A DNA stretch of 60,553 nt, the filler included, from Malassezia furfur (Eukaryota): assembly GCA_052055015.1 (NCBI GenBank). It is 3 parts of 3 records of this genome, joined end to end, with 100 filler letters (N's around TTAATTAATTAA, not from the genome) between each part and the next. Parts side by side here need not be neighbours in the genome. Positions count along the whole stretch, not along the records: positions 40,630 to 60,553 come from JBQJIT010000181.1; 2 more parts are not named here. One strand, given 5' to 3'. Made by a program: the position numbers and the translations under genes. The notes under the pieces were generated by a model. The model was not told the origin of the DNA and did not search any database. It saw only the letters and a list, made by a program, of their open reading frames with translations. Position 1 is the stretch's first letter, and each line of letters starts with the position of its first letter. Positions 55,954-60,553 of this stretch are shown here, one piece after another.

Positions 55954-55970
55954 TGACTCGTGCGCACGTG
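55954..55970. promoter_or_regulatory. TGACTC (Gcn4/Cpc1-type) site plus CACGTG E-box in the HIS4/carboxypeptidase bidirectional promoter
   Basis: TGACTC 55954-55959 and CACGTG 55965-55970, 19-35 bp upstream of the HIS4 ATG. Confidence 0.45.
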
Positions 55971-56050
55971 ACGCAAGATAAGCGCGGCGCCCGCTGGGTC
56001 CACCGGTGCGGCGCCCGCCCGGCGTCTTGCTTCCATCCCGTGCACCGACG

Positions 56051-57676
56051 ATGCTGGGACGCACAGGAGTACTTGCGCTGTTGGCGCTCGCCGGCACTGC
56101 GTGCGCGACTCAGGCGCCGTTTGAGCTGTCCATCAACACGCCCGTGGAGACGGGCGACTTCCGCGTGCTGTCGCATCCCTCGCTGCCGGCGCACACGCTG
56201 CGTCTGCGCAGTGTGCCCGACGGCCTGTGCGAGCGCAACGGCACCAAGTCGTGGTCCGGATACCTGGATGTCGACCTCGATGTACTGTACGACCGCGAGG
56301 ATAAGATGTACGGCACGCAGTCGACGACGCGGCCTCCGCCGGGCATCATCGAGCACTTCTACTTCTGGGCGTTTGAGTCGCGCAACAACAAGCTGACCGA
56401 CCCGGTGACGCTCTGGCTGAATGGCGGTCCCGGCTGCTCGTCGTTCACCGGTCTGCTCATGGAGCTGGGCCCGTGCAATGCGGCGCCGCCCAAGGACGGT
56501 GTGCCCCGCACCGAATGGAACCCGCACGCGTGGAATGCCAACTCGTCGATGATCTTCTTGGACCAGCCCACGGGCACGGGCTTCTCGTACGCGTCGTGGA
56601 AGAACACGTCGCGTGAGGACGCGCCGCCGTCGCGCATCTTTGACACGGCGCACGCCGCGCGCGACGTGTCGGCCTTCCTGCACCTGCTCGGCACCGACAG
56701 CGCGAACGAGGTCGTGTCGATCGAGACGCTGCCTGGCAGCCCGCTCCCGCAGTTCACCGAGTTCCACATGGCCGGCGAGTCGTACGCGGGCCGCTACCTG
56801 CCGCTGATCGCTAGCCAGCTGCTCAAGGACAACGAGCGGCTCGTCGCGCAGCCCGAGAGCGGCCTGCTCCCGATCCCGCTGGCCTCGGTGCTGATCGGCA
56901 ACGGTATCACCTCGCCGCATCACCAGAACAAGGCGTTTGTGCAGTACGCGTGCACGAACGCCACGGGCCACGGCCCGTTCCTGAGCAAGCGCACGTGCGA
57001 CAAGATGTGGAAGCAGCTGCCCGTGTGCCGCAAGATGCTCGAGAAGTGCAACAAGCACGTCGGCAATGTGCCCTACTCGCGTGAGGCGTGTGTGAATGCC
57101 AACTCGTTCTGCTCGGGTGCGCTGTCGTCGCCGTGGGACGCGACCAACTCGTCGTTCTTCGACTACGACCACAAGCCCGACTACGACGAGGAGGAGTATG
57201 TCGCCGCGCTGCTCAACCACAAGGAGACGCGCGCGAAGCTCGGCATCGACAAGCGCGGTGCAGGCGACAACCACGACGGCAAGTTTGTCGGGTGCTCAGA
57301 CCGCGTGTACAACGACTTTGAGTCGACCGGCGACGGCGCGCGGGAGAGCACGTGGGCGGTGCGCGACGTGCTCTCCAAGGGCGTGCGTGTGCTGAGCTAC
57401 TCGGGCACGCGTGACTTTATCTGCAACTACATCGGAAACGACCACTGGACGCGCGACCTTGACTGGGCGGGCGGCGACGACTTCCGCAAGGCGCCGCTCG
57501 AGCCGTGGTACGTCGACGGTATCGAGGGCCCCGCGGGTCACTTCCGCAACTTTGGCAACCTGACGTTTGCCACGGTCAACGATGCCGGCCACTTTGTCCC
57601 GCACGACCAGCCGGCCGTGGCCCAGCAGCTGTTCCGCCGCTGGGAGCACGGCGCGGTCAAGGGCCGTTTGGACTAA
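56051..57676 (+). CDS. Serine carboxypeptidase, S10 family (CPY-like), secreted or vacuolar
   Basis: Signal peptide; WLNGGPGCSS, FLDQP.GTGFSY, GESYAG, IGNG, DFICN, AGHFVP.DQP. Confidence 0.93.
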   Translation: MLGRTGVLALLALAGTACATQAPFELSINTPVETGDFRVLSHPSLPAHTLRLRSVPDGLCERNGTKSWSGYLDVDLDVLYDREDKMYGTQSTTRPPPGIIEHFYFWAFESRNNKLTDPVTLWLNGGPGCSSFTGLLMELGPCNAAPPKDGVPRTEWNPHAWNANSSMIFLDQPTGTGFSYASWKNTSREDAPPSRIFDTAHAARDVSAFLHLLGTDSANEVVSIETLPGSPLPQFTEFHMAGESYAGRYLPLIASQLLKDNERLVAQPESGLLPIPLASVLIGNGITSPHHQNKAFVQYACTNATGHGPFLSKRTCDKMWKQLPVCRKMLEKCNKHVGNVPYSREACVNANSFCSGALSSPWDATNSSFFDYDHKPDYDEEEYVAALLNHKETRAKLGIDKRGAGDNHDGKFVGCSDRVYNDFESTGDGARESTWAVRDVLSKGVRVLSYSGTRDFICNYIGNDHWTRDLDWAGGDDFRKAPLEPWYVDGIEGPAGHFRNFGNLTFATVNDAGHFVPHDQPAVAQQLFRRWEHGAVKGRLD

Positions 57677-57751
57677 ATAGACCCAATTTCTCCACATGGT
57701 CCCTATGTACACTGAGCTGAGCTGGACCTCCACAGCGAGCGCCCGGCCGAA

Positions 57752-59326
57752 CTACACACGCGTCCTCTTCGTGTGACTAGGCACTGGCGGCGGCCGCGAG
57801 CTATTTCGCGCGCCACTCGTGCGCTTCACCACGGGCGGCGAGCCGGCCAGCTGCTGTGACGGCGGCCGCCCTATCGCTGGCGCACTCGCACTGAGCACCG
57901 TCGCGTCCAGCGACGCAAAGGACGACGAGGGCTCCGCGCCAGACGGCGCGCGCAGCCCGAGCGCCGGTGGCATCGGCTGCTGTGCATGAGGGAAGGGGGA
58001 GAGTGCCGACGGCGCAGGGCTGTTGGACGCAGACCGGCTGCGTCCCATGCGCCGGTGCCGCCGGATCTGCGGCGAGGCGGGGTATGGCCCGACGTCGACG
58101 GCGCGCCGCGCGCCGGCGTGCGGGCGCAGCCGCGCGGCTGTCTTGGCCGGCGACGCGGTCGGCGTAAGCAGGTGCTCGCCACGCCGCTCATGCGGCAGCG
58201 CGCGTGACACCTGGGCTGGCAGGTGGCCGACGTCCAGCGACCACGCCGGCGGTGCCGCCGGGCGCACGGCCGCGAGTGACGGGCTGCTCCACGTCGTGGG
58301 CGCCACGGGCGTGTTCTTGCGGCTCCACACGCTGACAAAGAGGATGCGCTTCATGCGCCGGTTATAGAAGAAGCTGAACGTCGACCACAGCAGACCGGCG
58401 CCCGCGCCGCCCAAATCGTCTTCGTCGAGCGCGGCGTCGTCGTTGCTGTGTGTACTGCTGAACGAGGAAGAGTGTGTGTGATGTGGTGCACTGCCTGTGC
58501 CGCTCTCTCGGCGCGGGGCAAAGCCGCCGTCCATGAGATCCTCGTCAAAGACGGGCGCGTCCGTCATCTCGACGTCGTGGTCCGTGGGCGTCCCGCCGCG
58601 TGACACGACACCCCCGGCGTCGACCGAGTAGCCCTCGTCGTATGGATCACCCTCGTCCATCTCGAAGCCCTCCTCGTCGGGCTCGGCGCTGGCATGTGGG
58701 TCCGAGTCCATATCCGGGTGGAAGGAGTACACCTCGCAGTCGGCGATGTTGATGATGTCGTCCAGTACGGTTGACAACGAAGCATTTGCAGAGCGCGTGT
58801 TGCTGCCACTCGCTGAGAGCGGATGGCTGGACGATGCGGCGTGCGGTCGTGTGTCACTGCCCATCGGCGAGCGTGCCGGGAGCACCGGGTCGTCGAGCGA
58901 GTGCGACAAACTGCCGAGCGAGTTGGGCGACACGATCCCGCTCTTGAGGCTCTGGAGAGTGGATGTGAGACTGTTGAGCACCATCGTAGGGCTCGCTTCG
59001 CGGATAAAGTCGCCGGGGTTCACGTCGCTAAAGTCGTGGTCCGGAAACGCGCCGTTCAGCGTCGCGATCAGCAGGAACAGCGTCTTGCGTGCGCTGGGTT
59101 GATCGAGTCGTCCGAACGGCGATGCGAGCGCCTCGTCAAGGTAGCCCGGCGGCGAGCTCGAGGCTGATAACAGATAGGACGATTCGAGCGTCTTGAACAG
59201 GCGTTTTTCCTTGTTGACCGCCTTGCACGAGTACGCCTCGAGGCGTGTAAACACCTTGCACTCGCTCATCTCAAATGTGAGCGCGCGCGAGAGCACCTCG
59301 AGCTCGGGATACTCCAGGTACTTCAT
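57752..59326 (-). CDS. MAF1: RNA polymerase III repressor Maf1
   Basis: MKYLE, RLEAYSCK, LIATLN.AFPDHDFS, CEVYSF.PD...DP, LWS..FFYNRRMKRILF. Confidence 0.93.
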   Translation of the reverse strand: MKYLEYPELEVLSRALTFEMSECKVFTRLEAYSCKAVNKEKRLFKTLESSYLLSASSSPPGYLDEALASPFGRLDQPSARKTLFLLIATLNGAFPDHDFSDVNPGDFIREASPTMVLNSLTSTLQSLKSGIVSPNSLGSLSHSLDDPVLPARSPMGSDTRPHAASSSHPLSASGSNTRSANASLSTVLDDIINIADCEVYSFHPDMDSDPHASAEPDEEGFEMDEGDPYDEGYSVDAGGVVSRGGTPTDHDVEMTDAPVFDEDLMDGGFAPRRESGTGSAPHHTHSSSFSSTHSNDDAALDEDDLGGAGAGLLWSTFSFFYNRRMKRILFVSVWSRKNTPVAPTTWSSPSLAAVRPAAPPAWSLDVGHLPAQVSRALPHERRGEHLLTPTASPAKTAARLRPHAGARRAVDVGPYPASPQIRRHRRMGRSRSASNSPAPSALSPFPHAQQPMPPALGLRAPSGAEPSSSFASLDATVLSASAPAIGRPPSQQLAGSPPVVKRTSGARNSSRPPPVPSHTKRTRV

Positions 59327-59460
59327 CGTGCCCCGCGGTCGTCGCCACGCCGCGTGCGACGCGCCCGGGGGCCCCACGACGCATCGGGCAAGCCACGTGC
59401 ACTGCCACGTGATCATGGCGCGTGCGCGACGCGAGCATCAACACCCCTCCTGCCTCCTCG

Positions 59461-60553
59461 ATGCCTCCACCACGTCGCAGCACACCCCGCAAAAGCCGCG
59501 CGGAGAACGCGGAGAGTGCGACGAGCAGCCCGGCCAAGTCAGCCGCCGCGTCTCCGCTGAGCACTCCGGCTGACACGCCGCGCCGGGCGGCGCGTGGTCG
59601 CCGCGCAACGGCCAAAGCCGCGGCTGCGGCCGACACCCCCAAGACGCAGTCGTCGACGCCTTCGCGCTCGCGCGGCTCGCGCACCACCAAGGCTGCCGCG
59701 GCTGCTGCAGCCGCCGCAGAGGAGGCTGTACCCGAGGTGCCCGCGTCCCCTGCGCCCAAAGCCGCCCCGTTGTCGGAGCGCGTGCATGCGCTGCCGACGC
59801 GTTCGAACCCGCGTCTGGCCGAGGTCAAATCGCGCCAGGTGAAGCTGCAGGTGATTCGCCGCGAAGACAAGGAGATCATCATTGGCCGTATCAAACTGCC
59901 CACCGTCAATGGTGCCGAGCACGGCTTCCTGCTGAAGCGTTTCGACACGAACGCGATTGCCGGCTCCTCCATGTTCCGCCTCGCCTTCCCGTACGCAGAC
60001 GGCGAGGAAGAAAGTGCCGAGATGGCGTACCTCGAGTCGCGCTTCGACACGAATGTGGCCAACGGCGGCACCCTCGCTCCTGCTACTCCTCGCCGTGGCC
60101 GCAAGCCGGACTCGACTAATGCCAAAAGCAGCAGCGGCGGTGTACTGCCGCCCGGCTCGACGGGCGTGCGCCTGCAGGGCGTCTGGATTCCGTGCGAGCA
60201 AGCGGCCCCCATCGCCGAGGACTACGGTCTACTGGAGCTTGCGCAGCCGCTGCTCGATGCAACTGCGGTGCTGCTGCCGAATGACGACGTCCCGCTGCTG
60301 AACCCCGACGCAGAGACGCTGGCGCTCGCAGCGGAGAGCGAGCGTGTGCCGCTCAGCACGCCGCAGCGCCAGGCCAAGCGTGCGCGCACCGCCGAGTCGA
60401 TGGCCGCAGATGCCGCCTCTGCGGCGCTGGCCTCGCCGAGTTCCTCAACGCCTATGCAGGCCGCGCAGCAGCTGCTCGGTACATCGGCGCCCGAGACGCC
60501 CACGTCGCCGAGCAAGCGCCGCGCCGCGCCGCGCCGGACGCGCGCTGCGATGG
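59461..60553 (+). CDS. APSES/KilA-N domain protein, Bqt4-like (3' partial)
   Basis: ORF from ATG 59461 open to the window end; FLLKRFDTNAIAGSSMFRLAFPYA...E..EM.YL and G.WIP.E.A..IAEDYGL match the Bqt4-type APSES fold. Confidence 0.75.
   Translation, partial: MPPPRRSTPRKSRAENAESATSSPAKSAAASPLSTPADTPRRAARGRRATAKAAAAADTPKTQSSTPSRSRGSRTTKAAAAAAAAAEEAVPEVPASPAPKAAPLSERVHALPTRSNPRLAEVKSRQVKLQVIRREDKEIIIGRIKLPTVNGAEHGFLLKRFDTNAIAGSSMFRLAFPYADGEEESAEMAYLESRFDTNVANGGTLAPATPRRGRKPDSTNAKSSSGGVLPPGSTGVRLQGVWIPCEQAAPIAEDYGLLELAQPLLDATAVLLPNDDVPLLNPDAETLALAAESERVPLSTPQRQAKRARTAESMAADAASAALASPSSSTPMQAAQQLLGTSAPETPTSPSKRRAAPRRTRAAM

Overview
GC-rich (roughly 65% by eye), extremely gene-dense fungal genomic DNA. 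Gene content, codon style and compaction point to a Malassezia-like basidiomycete yeast; this taxonomy is inference. The window holds about 36 protein-coding genes or gene fragments, one intron-containing tRNA-Leu(AAG) and two artificial assembly-gap spacers. The genes are mostly housekeeping: NIPA, MPC1, PCK1, TRM112, ERT1/AcuK, NDUFB3, TOP1, RPC34, DUG2, ATG27, VPS26, DUR3, URB1, ULA1, DJP1-like, SPC1, DST1, MAK21, TRM61, TRM7, NGL, CDC1-like, UBX, DED1, RPL11, MKT1, a CaMKK/SAK1-like kinase, CAT2, YjbQ, HIS4, a carboxypeptidase, MAF1 and BQT4-like. I saw no mobile elements or CRISPR arrays. The ORF track misses most true gene structures because genes are broken by ultra-short spliceosomal introns: I placed 44 by hand, 38 of them 21-29 nt, with the branch site fused to the 3' splice site. 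Other notable patterns are four convergent gene pairs sharing overlapping stop codons, co-directional genes 13-49 bp apart, a CACGTG E-box in most mini-promoters, a self-folding 251-nt RPL11 intron, and an MPC1-PCK1-ERT1/AcuK gluconeogenesis neighbourhood with a CCG-N7-CCG site upstream of PCK1.
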